Of a DNA stretch of 42,825 nucleotides, positions 27,382-36,568 are shown one piece after another. The DNA is from Acutalibacteraceae bacterium (GTDB lineage Bacteria; Bacillota; Clostridia; Oscillospirales; Acutalibacteraceae): contig JAZSDI010000102.1 of the NCBI GenBank assembly GCA_045531045.1, positions 1 to 42,825 of the forward strand, in the 5' to 3' direction. Under the pieces are notes generated by a model. The model did no database searches. It was not told where the DNA came from and saw only the letters and a list, made by a program, of their open reading frames with translations. The position numbers and the translations under genes are program-made. Position 1 is the stretch's first letter; each line of letters opens with the position of its first letter.

Positions 27382-28580
27382 ATTTTGTGTTTCTCCAACT
27401 CAAATATTTTTTGCGCTTCAAAAGCGTTGTCGTAATTGACAGTTTTTGTGTTTTCAATAAGCGTGTTTCTAAAATCGGGATTGTTAATCATATACTCAAT
27501 TCCCTCTACAACACCATCAATACCCATTTCGCAAATGTAACCGTCAAAACCCTCTTTTAATTGTGCCGAACTTGTGGTATATCGGGTTATCATAACGGGT
27601 TTATTTAAAATCTGAGCTTCGGTAACGGTTACCGCTTTGCCCTCATAGCGTGAAGGTTGAGCGTATATATCGCACTCTTTCATATAAGGGTAAGGGTTGT
27701 CCTTTTTGCCAAGAACAATTACAGTATCCTGCAATGAATACTTTTCAATAAGACTCTTAATCAGTTGCTCATCTTGACCGTAGCCGATAAGATACCACTT
27801 GAAGTCATAACCTTTTTGCTTTAGTTTATCACAAGCGATTACAACATCATCAAAGGCTTTTGCCGTGCAAAATCTGCCGACCGAAAGGATTTTTACATCA
27901 GTATTGTCTGGCATGTCGTCCTTTACTGCAAATTCCTCGGCTCTTGTCTTTACAAAATCGCTTGAAAATATGTTTTCAATAACAACGGTTTTTTCTTGCA
28001 GAGAGGGATAAATTTTGTCAAACGAAAGTTTAACCTGTTCGCTGACACAAGCAACATAATCAAGTCCCGCCCACATAGGTAATGTGAATTTTACATCTGG
28101 TAGTTCAGTAGAACTGCTGTAATCGGTGTGTACCCAGCCGATTTTAAGATCGGCATCTACATTGTTGCAAAGAAAATAATGGGGTCCCAAGAATCCGAGT
28201 GCAACATCATAATGCTTAGGTATTTTTTTTACTATACGGGAAACTATTTTTTTGCAAAGGGTAATGTTTATTGTATCGGTCTTTTTGATTTTTGCTCTTA
28301 AATCACCATAAAATTTGGAGAACAAGCGAATTGCCGCCATATAAAACTTGCCTTTTTTAATCAATTGTAAAATAGGCCAACTAACATAAGAAAACATTTT
28401 ATTTTCAGGCAACAAATTTACCTTTTCATTTATCAAAGGCATAAACTCACCCGTATGGGACAAAAGAAACAAATCAACCTCATATTTATCATAATCTATG
28501 GCGTCAAGCAGACCTAAAAGGCTTCGCTCTACACCGCCGATTTCCATTCCGGGACCTATTATCAAAACTTTTTTCTTCAT
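27378..28580 (-). CDS. GT-B fold glycosyltransferase (family 4/group 1)
   Basis: MKKKVLIIGPGMEIGGVERSL N-terminus and a C-terminal E-x7-E-like region (PSRYEGKAVTVTEAQ). Confidence 0.85.
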   Translation of the reverse strand: MKKKVLIIGPGMEIGGVERSLLGLLDAIDYDKYEVDLFLLSHTGEFMPLINEKVNLLPENKMFSYVSWPILQLIKKGKFYMAAIRLFSKFYGDLRAKIKKTDTINITLCKKIVSRIVKKIPKHYDVALGFLGPHYFLCNNVDADLKIGWVHTDYSSSTELPDVKFTLPMWAGLDYVACVSEQVKLSFDKIYPSLQEKTVVIENIFSSDFVKTRAEEFAVKDDMPDNTDVKILSVGRFCTAKAFDDVVIACDKLKQKGYDFKWYLIGYGQDEQLIKSLIEKYSLQDTVIVLGKKDNPYPYMKECDIYAQPSRYEGKAVTVTEAQILNKPVMITRYTTSSAQLKEGFDGYICEMGIDGVVEGIEYMINNPDFRNTLIENTKTVNYDNAFEAQKIFELEKHKI

Positions 28581-28619
28581 AAAATCAATTCCATTTTTAT
28601 TATAAGGTAGTGTAGTTAA

Positions 28620-29726
28620 CTATAAAGATAAATAGAAATTCTCTAAATATTTTGCAGTGCTTTCTATATCATAGTCCATATCTTTTACTTTTTTAGCATA
28701 TTGCTCTCTGTTAACATAATCTTTGTTTTCAAAATTTTTTAGTGCCTCAAGCCAAGAAATAAATGTATCAAGAGGATAATAATTTATTAAATCTGTCAAA
28801 TCGGTCTCTCTCGGTATCATATCAGAAGCTAAAACGGGCAGTCCGCTTGCTTGAGCTTCAATAGCCACGATTCCGAGTCCTTCAAATAAAGACGGGAAGA
28901 GAAAAACATCCATTGCCGACAGAAAATCAGGAACATTATTGTGAGAGCCTAAGAATAAAACTTTATCCTCTAAGCCCTTTGCTTTTACATACTCTTTGTG
29001 TTTTTTCATATCCTCGCCGGCGCCCAAAAAGATTAAAACTGCATTAGGGTTGCATTTTGAGTATTCCTCAAAAAGTTTTATTGAAAAAATTTGGTTTTTT
29101 TCATAAGAAAATCTGCCAATGTTACCTATAACAAATTTGCCCTCTAAACCGTATTCTTTTCTGATTTTATCCCTAGCGGATTTTGAAAACATAAATCTAT
29201 TTGTGTTTATAGCATTGTTGATGATTTTACATTTGTTTCTGTTTTTTGGGGTTTTAAATAAATACTTGGCAGCGGCTTTTGAACAGGCAAAACAATGGGT
29301 TACGCAGAATGGGATTTTAAGTCGTATTAATCTTTTATAGATGTCAATTTTCCAGTTGTCTTCTTTGGCGTTTCCTACATGAGAGTGTGCGATTCTAACT
29401 GGTATGCCCGCTTTCTTCGCCATTGATAGGGCATTTCCGTTTTCACAGTTTATGTGGGAATGAATTATTTTATATTCAGGATGATCCTTAAAAAACTCAT
29501 AAAGGCCCTTCAGGTACCCCAAATATCCCACCTTGGAGGCATAAGGGATGGCATACATTTTGCCACCAAGCTCTTCGATTTCCTTTGAAAAGAAATTATC
29601 GCAAGAATTATGACATAAAAAATCAAACTGAATCTTTTCACGGTCTATATTGCGGTAAATAGACATAAGCAAAGTTTCAACTCCGCCGTAATCCATAGAG
29701 GTAACAAAATGTAAAATTCGTTTCAT
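28620..29726 (-). CDS. GT-B fold glycosyltransferase (family 4/group 1, EpsF-like)
   Basis: ILHFVTSMDYGGVETLL N-terminus and FPSLFEGLGIVAIEAQASGLPV. Confidence 0.88.
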   Translation of the reverse strand: MKRILHFVTSMDYGGVETLLMSIYRNIDREKIQFDFLCHNSCDNFFSKEIEELGGKMYAIPYASKVGYLGYLKGLYEFFKDHPEYKIIHSHINCENGNALSMAKKAGIPVRIAHSHVGNAKEDNWKIDIYKRLIRLKIPFCVTHCFACSKAAAKYLFKTPKNRNKCKIINNAINTNRFMFSKSARDKIRKEYGLEGKFVIGNIGRFSYEKNQIFSIKLFEEYSKCNPNAVLIFLGAGEDMKKHKEYVKAKGLEDKVLFLGSHNNVPDFLSAMDVFLFPSLFEGLGIVAIEAQASGLPVLASDMIPRETDLTDLINYYPLDTFISWLEALKNFENKDYVNREQYAKKVKDMDYDIESTAKYLENFYLSL

Positions 29727-29743
29727 AGATATGTTCCTTAAAT

Positions 29744-30706
29744 CTAATTGTGTATTTTTCTATATAAATCCAAATTATGATTGGGCTTAGGCAATTCTAA
29801 ATCTTTGCCGAAAATAAAGTCATATTCGTCAGGCTCATATACGATAAATCCGCTACTATCGAAAAATGTAATTTCACCAAAGTAAATTTTTCCGTTACAT
29901 TCATAAAAATCAACCCTAGCGTGAGGGAAAGGCTTGCTGATTTCTCTTGCGAGTTTTGTCATTTCTCTATGTATTTCTTTAATTTCAAAGCTTTTAAGCT
30001 GTTGCATATCAGGTGCATCATACATGGGGAAAATATTGCCGTCAATATCTGCGTAAAGACGTTTGTGATTGGTCATTCTAAGCTCGTCCACCTCTAAAAC
30101 TTGCGGTTCGCCGTTAAAACAGAAAAATTTAAAGTCTCTAAGTTCACCCGAGTCATCTTCGAGGTATTTTTCAATGATTATTCTGGGTTTTTGGCCCGCA
30201 TAATTCCATTCTCTGCCAAACCAAGCTAAATTTTGTTTAAGCCAACTTTTCATTATCCTTTTTTGGCGTTTCCAGTCAACTGTTGATTTGTCTTTGACAA
30301 TCAAATTCCAGCCTGAACCGTGTGATGCTTTTAAAACAAATCTTTCAGGTAAAGCGTCGACATCTATATCATCTACATTCTCATAAACGGCGATAAGCTC
30401 GTTTAAAAGTTCGCCGTACCCCAAATTATTCAAGTATTCGCGAACAGCATATTTATCCGATGCCGCAGTCATATTATCATCGCGGTAAAAGAGTTTTAAC
30501 CATTGCAATTTTTCGGTAAATCTTTGTGGATTTTTTAAGTCGATTTCTCTTTTACATTCTTTTTTGTATTGCCTACAAATGAAAGAATAGTCGGATTGAA
30601 ATTTATAAGTTAAGCCCCATTTAAAGCGCTTGTACTCATCCCAAAAATATGCAAAGGTTAAGTTTTTTTTCTTAAATTTACGCAAAGTATTCTTAAATGA
30701 CTTCAT
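29744..30706 (-). CDS. TupA-like ATP-grasp amide ligase (paralogue 1)
   Basis: TEKLQWLKLFYRDDNMTAASDKYAVREYL, FVLKASHGSGWN, RDFKFFCFNGEP, and RVDFYECNGKIYFGEITFF. ATG 30706 lies 8 nt behind GGAG; the ORF-track GTG at 30712 is less likely. Confidence 0.8.
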   Translation of the reverse strand: MKSFKNTLRKFKKKNLTFAYFWDEYKRFKWGLTYKFQSDYSFICRQYKKECKREIDLKNPQRFTEKLQWLKLFYRDDNMTAASDKYAVREYLNNLGYGELLNELIAVYENVDDIDVDALPERFVLKASHGSGWNLIVKDKSTVDWKRQKRIMKSWLKQNLAWFGREWNYAGQKPRIIIEKYLEDDSGELRDFKFFCFNGEPQVLEVDELRMTNHKRLYADIDGNIFPMYDAPDMQQLKSFEIKEIHREMTKLAREISKPFPHARVDFYECNGKIYFGEITFFDSSGFIVYEPDEYDFIFGKDLELPKPNHNLDLYRKIHN

Positions 30707-30721
30707 AAACACATCTCCTTC

Positions 30722-31801
30722 TTATCTGTTCCAAATAAATCTGAAATTATAAAGTGCATCGCTGTTCGATATTTCATACCGCCAATAGAAAAAGAAAAAT
30801 ATTAAAATACCCGCTTTGACAAAAATCTCGAAATTCTTATTTTTAAATACAACTAATTTTCCTAATGCAAGAGGTAATAGAACCGACAAATAAATATTGA
30901 TTCTTGAAATATAGGGACTGTTCATACCGATAATGGCGAATAGACCATATAAAATAAGCCAATTCAAATAAAAAGTTTGTTCGGGTGTTTTTTCTGATTT
31001 TGTGTATACAAAAAAACAAAATATTGCAGGCATCATAGAAATTAAAACTCTTAAAATATTAACCTGTCTTAAATAATATGATCCTTCTTCTATAACGATT
31101 TCTGATTCTTTTAAACCGCCAATGAAGGAGAAAATAAATTCATAATTATATAAAAGAATAATTGAACCTATGGTCAGAAGCAGTATATTGCTTAAATTAA
31201 TCTTTTTGCGTAACATAAAATAAGGCACTATCATAATTATTGCAGACTTATGAAAGAGAAAGGCAATAAAGACGCATAAGATATATTTTAATAATTTTTT
31301 ATCAAAAACAAATCTGTGACCAAGACATATTATCGCTGCAGCAAAAAACTGGCGCACACCATTAAAAGAACCATGCCAAACACCTGTAAACATAAATAAA
31401 AGGGCTGATAAAAGGTATGTATCGGTATATTTAAATGTTATAGCAAGTATGCTGACCACTGTGAATGCAGAGGTTATAAATATAAATACCGCACCGTCAG
31501 TTGTAAAAAGTGTGATTATTGCTGCAAGTATTGGAAATCCAGGTTCATCTAATTCTTTAAGCGTTGATAACCAATTAGGAGCATAGTTATCAGCAAATCT
31601 GTAATATGCACCAAAGTCGGCACCTACAAAATATCTAAATCCGGAAATAGAGACCAAAATTAGTGTTATTGTTAAAAGAAATAACTTTGTGACATGGTTG
31701 TTTTTTATCAATTGGCCTGTTTCGGTTGCAACATAATTTGAATATAACGCTAATGCCGAAAAAATAAACACCGATAGCGCGGTTAAATAATATACTACCA
31801 T
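30722..31801 (-). CDS. wzy: EpsG-family polysaccharide polymerase (Wzy-like)
   Basis: 359 aa with ~10-11 helices. EpsG-like N-terminal region (SGFRYFVGADFGAYY). Confidence 0.75.
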   Translation of the reverse strand: MVVYYLTALSVFIFSALALYSNYVATETGQLIKNNHVTKLFLLTITLILVSISGFRYFVGADFGAYYRFADNYAPNWLSTLKELDEPGFPILAAIITLFTTDGAVFIFITSAFTVVSILAITFKYTDTYLLSALLFMFTGVWHGSFNGVRQFFAAAIICLGHRFVFDKKLLKYILCVFIAFLFHKSAIIMIVPYFMLRKKINLSNILLLTIGSIILLYNYEFIFSFIGGLKESEIVIEEGSYYLRQVNILRVLISMMPAIFCFFVYTKSEKTPEQTFYLNWLILYGLFAIIGMNSPYISRINIYLSVLLPLALGKLVVFKNKNFEIFVKAGILIFFFFYWRYEISNSDALYNFRFIWNR

Positions 31802-31819
31802 TAATAATCTCCAAATAAA

Positions 31820-32647
31820 TTATCGTTCTTCATTTTCTTTGAGATATTTATGTTTTTGCCAGTTTCTGTAAACTTCCACAAGCTTAAAAGGAACTATTGA
31901 CTTTACAATCATCTCAACCGCCGGACGAATTAACCAAACCTTAGGATACTTAAGGAGTTTAAATCCTATCAAGGTTGTTTTAAAAGCATTGTATCTAACC
32001 TTAAAAGTTCTGCGACGAATGGCATTTTCATCCTCTCTCACGAGATAGAGCGCTTCCCTCATATTGGTTCCTTTAAAACCATTAGCATAAAATCTAAACC
32101 ACAAATCATAATCCTGAGCGCGCATAGTTCTTTTGCTGACAGTATATCCGTTTACAGTGTCATACATTTTCTTTTCGGTTAAAATCGTTGCGTGGTGGAA
32201 AGGTATTTTTGTGCGTAAGGTATAATAGTCGGGATTATCCACCGCATAAACTATATCCGCCAAGCCTTTTTGATTAAATCGTTGCATAGCGGTACCCACA
32301 AGCTGATATTCGGGGTTTTCTTTTAAAAATGCCATTTGTTTTTCAAGTCGCTCGGGAAGACTGATATCATCAGCGTCCATTCGGGCAATATAATCCCCTG
32401 TGGCATATTTAAGACAGTGGTTAAGCGAAAAAGAAAGTCTTGAATTAACTTCATTTCTTATCAAAACAATTCGGTTATCCTTTTTAGCATATTCTTTTAA
32501 AAGTTTAAAGCTGTTATCTGTTGAAGCATCATCACAAATAATAAATTCAATGTTTTTATATGTTTGATTTAAAATTGAATCTACGGCTTCTTTGAGGGTT
32601 GCTTCAGCATTGTAAACTGCCATAATAACGGATATTTTATCACTCAT
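31820..32647 (-). CDS. Family 2 glycosyltransferase
   Basis: ISVIMAVYNAEATLKEAVDSILNQTY, CDDASTDNS, and RMDADD. Confidence 0.9.
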   Translation of the reverse strand: MSDKISVIMAVYNAEATLKEAVDSILNQTYKNIEFIICDDASTDNSFKLLKEYAKKDNRIVLIRNEVNSRLSFSLNHCLKYATGDYIARMDADDISLPERLEKQMAFLKENPEYQLVGTAMQRFNQKGLADIVYAVDNPDYYTLRTKIPFHHATILTEKKMYDTVNGYTVSKRTMRAQDYDLWFRFYANGFKGTNMREALYLVREDENAIRRRTFKVRYNAFKTTLIGFKLLKYPKVWLIRPAVEMIVKSIVPFKLVEVYRNWQKHKYLKENEER

Positions 32648-32675
32648 TTATACATCCACCATGTTTCATATAATC

Positions 32676-33929
32676 TTATTTTAAAATTGTTTTGACGCTT
32701 TCTTTCAAAATGTTTAAGCCTTCCATAAGTTTTTCCTTTTCAATGGTTAAAGGAGGAAGGATTTTAACAACCGAGTCGTGACGTCCTGCACGCTCGATGA
32801 TTAGATTGTTTTTAACACATTCAAACATAACCTTTTTGGATATATCTTCACCGATTTCGGCAAAATCAATTCCCCATATCATACCAATACCTCTATAGGA
32901 AAGCTTATTATTTAAAGGTAGTATGTTTTCTTTAATAAAGTTTTCGATGATTTCACTGTTTTGTTTAACTACTGCATTTAAATCATTGGCACAGTAATAT
33001 TCAACAGCTGCTTTTGCACCAACAAAAGCCAATTGGTTTCCTCTGAAGGTGCCGTTATGTTCGGCGGGTCTGAAAACATCGATTTCGGGTCTCATAAGCA
33101 ACATAGACATTGGTAATCCGAATCCACTGAGAGATTTTGAAAGCACAACAATATCAGGAACAACGCCTGCTCTTTCAAAAGAGAAGAATGTTCCTGTTCT
33201 GCCTATGCCCACCTGTATATCATCGCACACAAGCAAGATTTCATATTTATCGCAGATTTCACGCAATTTTTTAAGCCAAGATATATCGCAGACATTAACT
33301 CCGCCTTCTGCCTGTACTGTTTCAAGGAAGATGGCGGCGGGTTTGTCGATGCCCGAATGGTCGTCGCTCAAAACCCATTCAAGATATTCGATAGATTTAT
33401 TGTAATCACCAAATTGATTGGAATAAGGCATAAATGTAACGTTATTAAGGCTAACTCCGCCGCCCGCACGGGAGAAAGAGTCGCTTGTCATGCTAAGGCT
33501 TCCGAGAGACATGCCGTGGAATGCGCCCGAAAAAGCAAAAACATTGCTTCTGCCGGTATATTTTCTTGCAAGTTTTAGAGCGGCTTCAACAGCGTTTGTG
33601 CCGGTCGAACCGCAAAACATCATTTTGTAATCTAAATTTCTGGGTTTTAAAATTAAATTGTAAAAGGTATCAATAAAACCTTCTTTGGCGGTTGTATACA
33701 TATCCAAAGCGTGAATAATAGTATCTTCGGATAAATATTCTAAAATAGCATTTTTAATGTAGGGATTGTTATGGCCATAATTAATTGCGCCTGCACCAGC
33801 AAAAAAGTCTATATATTTTTCGCCACTTTCTGAAATGAGTTGAGCATTTTTTGCGTATTTCAATTTAATTGGGAAATTTCTGCAGTATGACCTTACGTTA
33901 GATTCGTGTTTTTCAAATGTTTTGTACAT
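32676..33929 (-). CDS. Class-III PLP aminotransferase of the diaminobutyrate--2-oxoglutarate transaminase (EctB/Dat) type
   Basis: HESNVRSYCRNFPIKL and YIDFFAGAGAINYGHNNP match the EctB/Dat N-terminal signature. DDIQVGIGRTG and the lysine context VVLSKSLSGFG are present. ATG 33929 lies 9 nt behind GGAG; the 27 upstream codons of the ORF track overlap the preceding gene and are unlikely to be translated. Confidence 0.8.
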   Translation of the reverse strand: MYKTFEKHESNVRSYCRNFPIKLKYAKNAQLISESGEKYIDFFAGAGAINYGHNNPYIKNAILEYLSEDTIIHALDMYTTAKEGFIDTFYNLILKPRNLDYKMMFCGSTGTNAVEAALKLARKYTGRSNVFAFSGAFHGMSLGSLSMTSDSFSRAGGGVSLNNVTFMPYSNQFGDYNKSIEYLEWVLSDDHSGIDKPAAIFLETVQAEGGVNVCDISWLKKLREICDKYEILLVCDDIQVGIGRTGTFFSFERAGVVPDIVVLSKSLSGFGLPMSMLLMRPEIDVFRPAEHNGTFRGNQLAFVGAKAAVEYYCANDLNAVVKQNSEIIENFIKENILPLNNKLSYRGIGMIWGIDFAEIGEDISKKVMFECVKNNLIIERAGRHDSVVKILPPLTIEKEKLMEGLNILKESVKTILK

Positions 33930-33942
33930 TTTAATAACTCCT

Positions 33943-34818
33943 TTATAATTTAATCCAACTTCCGAATTTTTGCTCGTATTCGGGCGGAAACTCATAAAAT
34001 CCGCCGTCATGGAAAAAGGTTAATTCAGAAAAATATATTTTGCCATCAATGTCATAAAGATCAACTCGTATAAAAGGAAATCCCTCCGAAAGTTTTCGGC
34101 AAATATCAACCATTTTATCGAAATTCGCCGACTTTTCAACGGGAGTATCGGATTTTGGACAAATGTGTTCAAAATCATATGGATTAAAATCGATATCAAA
34201 ATAATCAAATCGTTGGTCAGTGTGCTGATTTGTAATGACCTGAATCACCTTTGGTTCACCGCCAAAACATAAAAACTTGTAGGTTTTGAGTTCATCCCCC
34301 GAAAGAGTGCTCATATATTTTTCGGCAATAATATGCGGAACAACCGTTTTATACGGAAACTCTCTAGCTGCATTAAAAGGATTGATTCTGAGTCTTCCTT
34401 CAAAAAACTTTTTGAGTTCGCCCTTATCGATTTTGCTTTTGTCGGTAATGATTTTAACACTTCCCGAATCATGAGAACATTTTAAAACAAACTTTTCGGG
34501 GAGTTTTTCAAAATCTATATCATCGAAATTTTTCCATACACCTAATAGTGGGATAGATAAATCTTCGCCTGTCTTTTCTTTTACATAATCGCGAACTGCA
34601 ATTTTATCTACATAGCGGGCATAGGAATCATCTTTTGCATAAAGTTTTATCCAGTTTAACTTTTCGTTAAAACCTGTTGGATTTTTAAAATTAAGTTTAT
34701 TACCGGTCTTAATCCAATAAACCATTTTCAAATAGGGCTTATCGGGGATAAAGGACAACTTATCAATGAGTTGTAAACGAGCTTCTCTATTTTTAAAGAT
34801 TTTTTTATAATCCCACAT
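33943..34818 (-). CDS. TupA-like ATP-grasp amide ligase (paralogue 2)
   Basis: NEKLNWIKLYAKDDSYARYVDKIAVRDYV, FVLKCSHDSGS, KTYKFLCFGGEP, and RVDLYDIDGKIYFSELTFF. TAATG overlap with the epimerase stop. Confidence 0.8.
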   Translation of the reverse strand: MWDYKKIFKNREARLQLIDKLSFIPDKPYLKMVYWIKTGNKLNFKNPTGFNEKLNWIKLYAKDDSYARYVDKIAVRDYVKEKTGEDLSIPLLGVWKNFDDIDFEKLPEKFVLKCSHDSGSVKIITDKSKIDKGELKKFFEGRLRINPFNAAREFPYKTVVPHIIAEKYMSTLSGDELKTYKFLCFGGEPKVIQVITNQHTDQRFDYFDIDFNPYDFEHICPKSDTPVEKSANFDKMVDICRKLSEGFPFIRVDLYDIDGKIYFSELTFFHDGGFYEFPPEYEQKFGSWIKL

Positions 34819-35804
34819 TATAAATTCTCCTTATACCACTTTATTGCAAGTTTAATGCCGTCGGCGAAACTGTAATCGGGGTCGTAACCAAGTAAGCGTT
34901 TTGCTTTAGAAATATCAGCATTTGAGTGTTTGATATCACCCTTACGGTCGGGACCGAAGTTCGGCTCAATATCAACCTTTAAAGCCTCGGTTAAGCCGTA
35001 ATAAATATCAATCAAATATTCTCTGCCGCCAAAAGCAATGTTGAAAGCCTCGCCTGCCGCCTCGCTGGGCGCTAAACAAGCCTTTAAGTTTGCTTCAATA
35101 ACATTATCAATATAGGTAAAGTCTCGGCTTTGCTTACCATCGCCGTTAATGGTGGGTTGTTCGCCCTTTAAGAGCAACTTGATAAATTTCGGGATAACTG
35201 CGGCATAAGCACCGTCAGGTGTCTGTCTTCTTCCGAAAACATTGAAGTAACGCATACCGTAGGTATCAAGACCGTAGTGCATGGTATAAAGCTTTGCCCA
35301 CTCCTCATCGCAACGCTTGGTTAAAGCGTAAGGAGAAAGCAAGTTGCCCTCAACACCCTCGGTTTTGGGGAGTTTTGGCTCATCGCCGTAAACAGAAGAG
35401 GAGGAGGCGTAAACAAACTTCTTAACACCCTGCTGGCGTGCAGCCTCTAACATATTAAGAGTGCCTTCAATATTGTTTTTGCAGTAGAAAATCGGCATTT
35501 CAAGACTTCTTGGAACACTGCCCCAAGCGGCTTGGTTAAGAACAAAGTCAACACCCTCGCAAGCCTTCATACAGGTATCCAAATCCTTGATATCGCCCTT
35601 TACAAACTCGTAGTTAGGGTTGTCTAAAAACATATCAACATTTTCCTGTTTGCCTGTTGAAAGGTCATCAAGGCAACGCACCTTGTAACCTAAATTCAAA
35701 ATTGCTTCACAAAGGTTGGAGCCGATAAAACCTGCTCCGCCTGTTACTAAAAAGAGTGAATTTTTGGGGAATTTTAAATGTTTATAACTCATAATTAACC
35801 TCAT
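34818..35804 (-). CDS. SDR-family UDP-N-acetylhexosamine(uronate) 4-epimerase, WbpP/TviC-like
   Basis: VTGGAGFIGSNL, AAWGSVPRS, SPYALTK (YxxxK), YFNVFGRRQTPDGAYAAVIPKF, and INGDGKQSRDFTYIDNVIEANL align closely along the length with remembered WbpP/TviC sequences. An alternative ATG at 35792 sits behind GAGG. Confidence 0.85.
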   Translation of the reverse strand: MRLIMSYKHLKFPKNSLFLVTGGAGFIGSNLCEAILNLGYKVRCLDDLSTGKQENVDMFLDNPNYEFVKGDIKDLDTCMKACEGVDFVLNQAAWGSVPRSLEMPIFYCKNNIEGTLNMLEAARQQGVKKFVYASSSSVYGDEPKLPKTEGVEGNLLSPYALTKRCDEEWAKLYTMHYGLDTYGMRYFNVFGRRQTPDGAYAAVIPKFIKLLLKGEQPTINGDGKQSRDFTYIDNVIEANLKACLAPSEAAGEAFNIAFGGREYLIDIYYGLTEALKVDIEPNFGPDRKGDIKHSNADISKAKRLLGYDPDYSFADGIKLAIKWYKENL

Positions 35805-36568
35805 TTAACCTTTCGGAATATTCGATTATATATATATTGAAAAAAAGTAGGGTGAGTATACAGTTGCGACGGCAAACTGGATGTCACGGTTTTCAAATTA
35901 TTGTTTATAACATCATTAATCGCTTTAATTTCACATTTAACGCCCACCCCCGTTTGAATCAACGGATAGGTGACAAAATTATCGGATTTTGTAATCGCTA
36001 TATTTTCTTGATATAAAATATTTCCTGTATCTATACCTTCATCAACCAAATGAACCGTAACACCCATGTTTTCCTGATCATTATTATACAAAGCCCAATA
36101 AGCACCATGGCAACCCCTGTATTTTGGAGTGATTCCTGCGTGCATATTTATAAAAACTGAATCAATAGAATTTAAAACTTCTGAGCTTATAATACGAGTT
36201 CCGTTAACAATAACTATCTGCGGAGAAATTTCTTGTAATGCTTTTATGCATTCCTTTGAGTTTACAGAATCAACGAACATTGTACTATCTTTCTCCAAAT
36301 AATGAGGAGCGATATCAATATCATACTGTTCTATAATTTCCCACACTCTTTTTTTAGAGGTCTTTTTCAAAAAAGGAACTATAACTGCTGAAAAGGCCAT
36401 CTGTCCTAAAACTTTAAATAATCCTAGTTTTTTTATTCTCCGTTTTAAGAAAACGGATTTTTTAACGCCTTCTTCGATTATTACTTTCTCAATATTATAA
36501 TGTTTGCACAATTCGTTATACACAACCGCACTTGAAGTACCTCGACTACAAAGCATAACTATTTTCAT
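35801..36568 (-). CDS. Formyltransferase-domain protein (candidate sugar N-formyltransferase)
   Basis: 255 aa. Formyl_trans_N catalytic pattern: FINMHAGITPKYRG (N-x-H, RG) and VHLVDEGIDTGNIL (Asp). Confidence 0.7.
   Translation of the reverse strand: MKIVMLCSRGTSSAVVYNELCKHYNIEKVIIEEGVKKSVFLKRRIKKLGLFKVLGQMAFSAVIVPFLKKTSKKRVWEIIEQYDIDIAPHYLEKDSTMFVDSVNSKECIKALQEISPQIVIVNGTRIISSEVLNSIDSVFINMHAGITPKYRGCHGAYWALYNNDQENMGVTVHLVDEGIDTGNILYQENIAITKSDNFVTYPLIQTGVGVKCEIKAINDVINNNLKTVTSSLPSQLYTHPTFFQYIYNRIFRKVK

Noticed and set aside
28223-28230. 8-nt A/T homopolymers inside glycan genes as possible slipped-strand phase-variation switches: 28223-28230 in a GT4 gene, 30664-30671 near the 5' end of ATP-grasp paralogue 1, and 37061-37068 in the deacetylase.
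   Set aside because: They encode Lys-Lys(-Asn) stretches, which are common in AT-rich coding sequence. All three genes are currently in frame, and 8-nt A-tracts are at the low end for efficient phase variation. Population sequencing could revisit this.
33930-34010. N-terminal extensions of ORF-track models: the aminotransferase to 34010, the deacetylase to 37602 and the transketolase C-subunit to 40910.
   Set aside because: In each case an internal ATG with a well-spaced GGAG-type RBS lies just after the upstream gene's stop, family homology begins there, and the extension merely overlaps the upstream gene.
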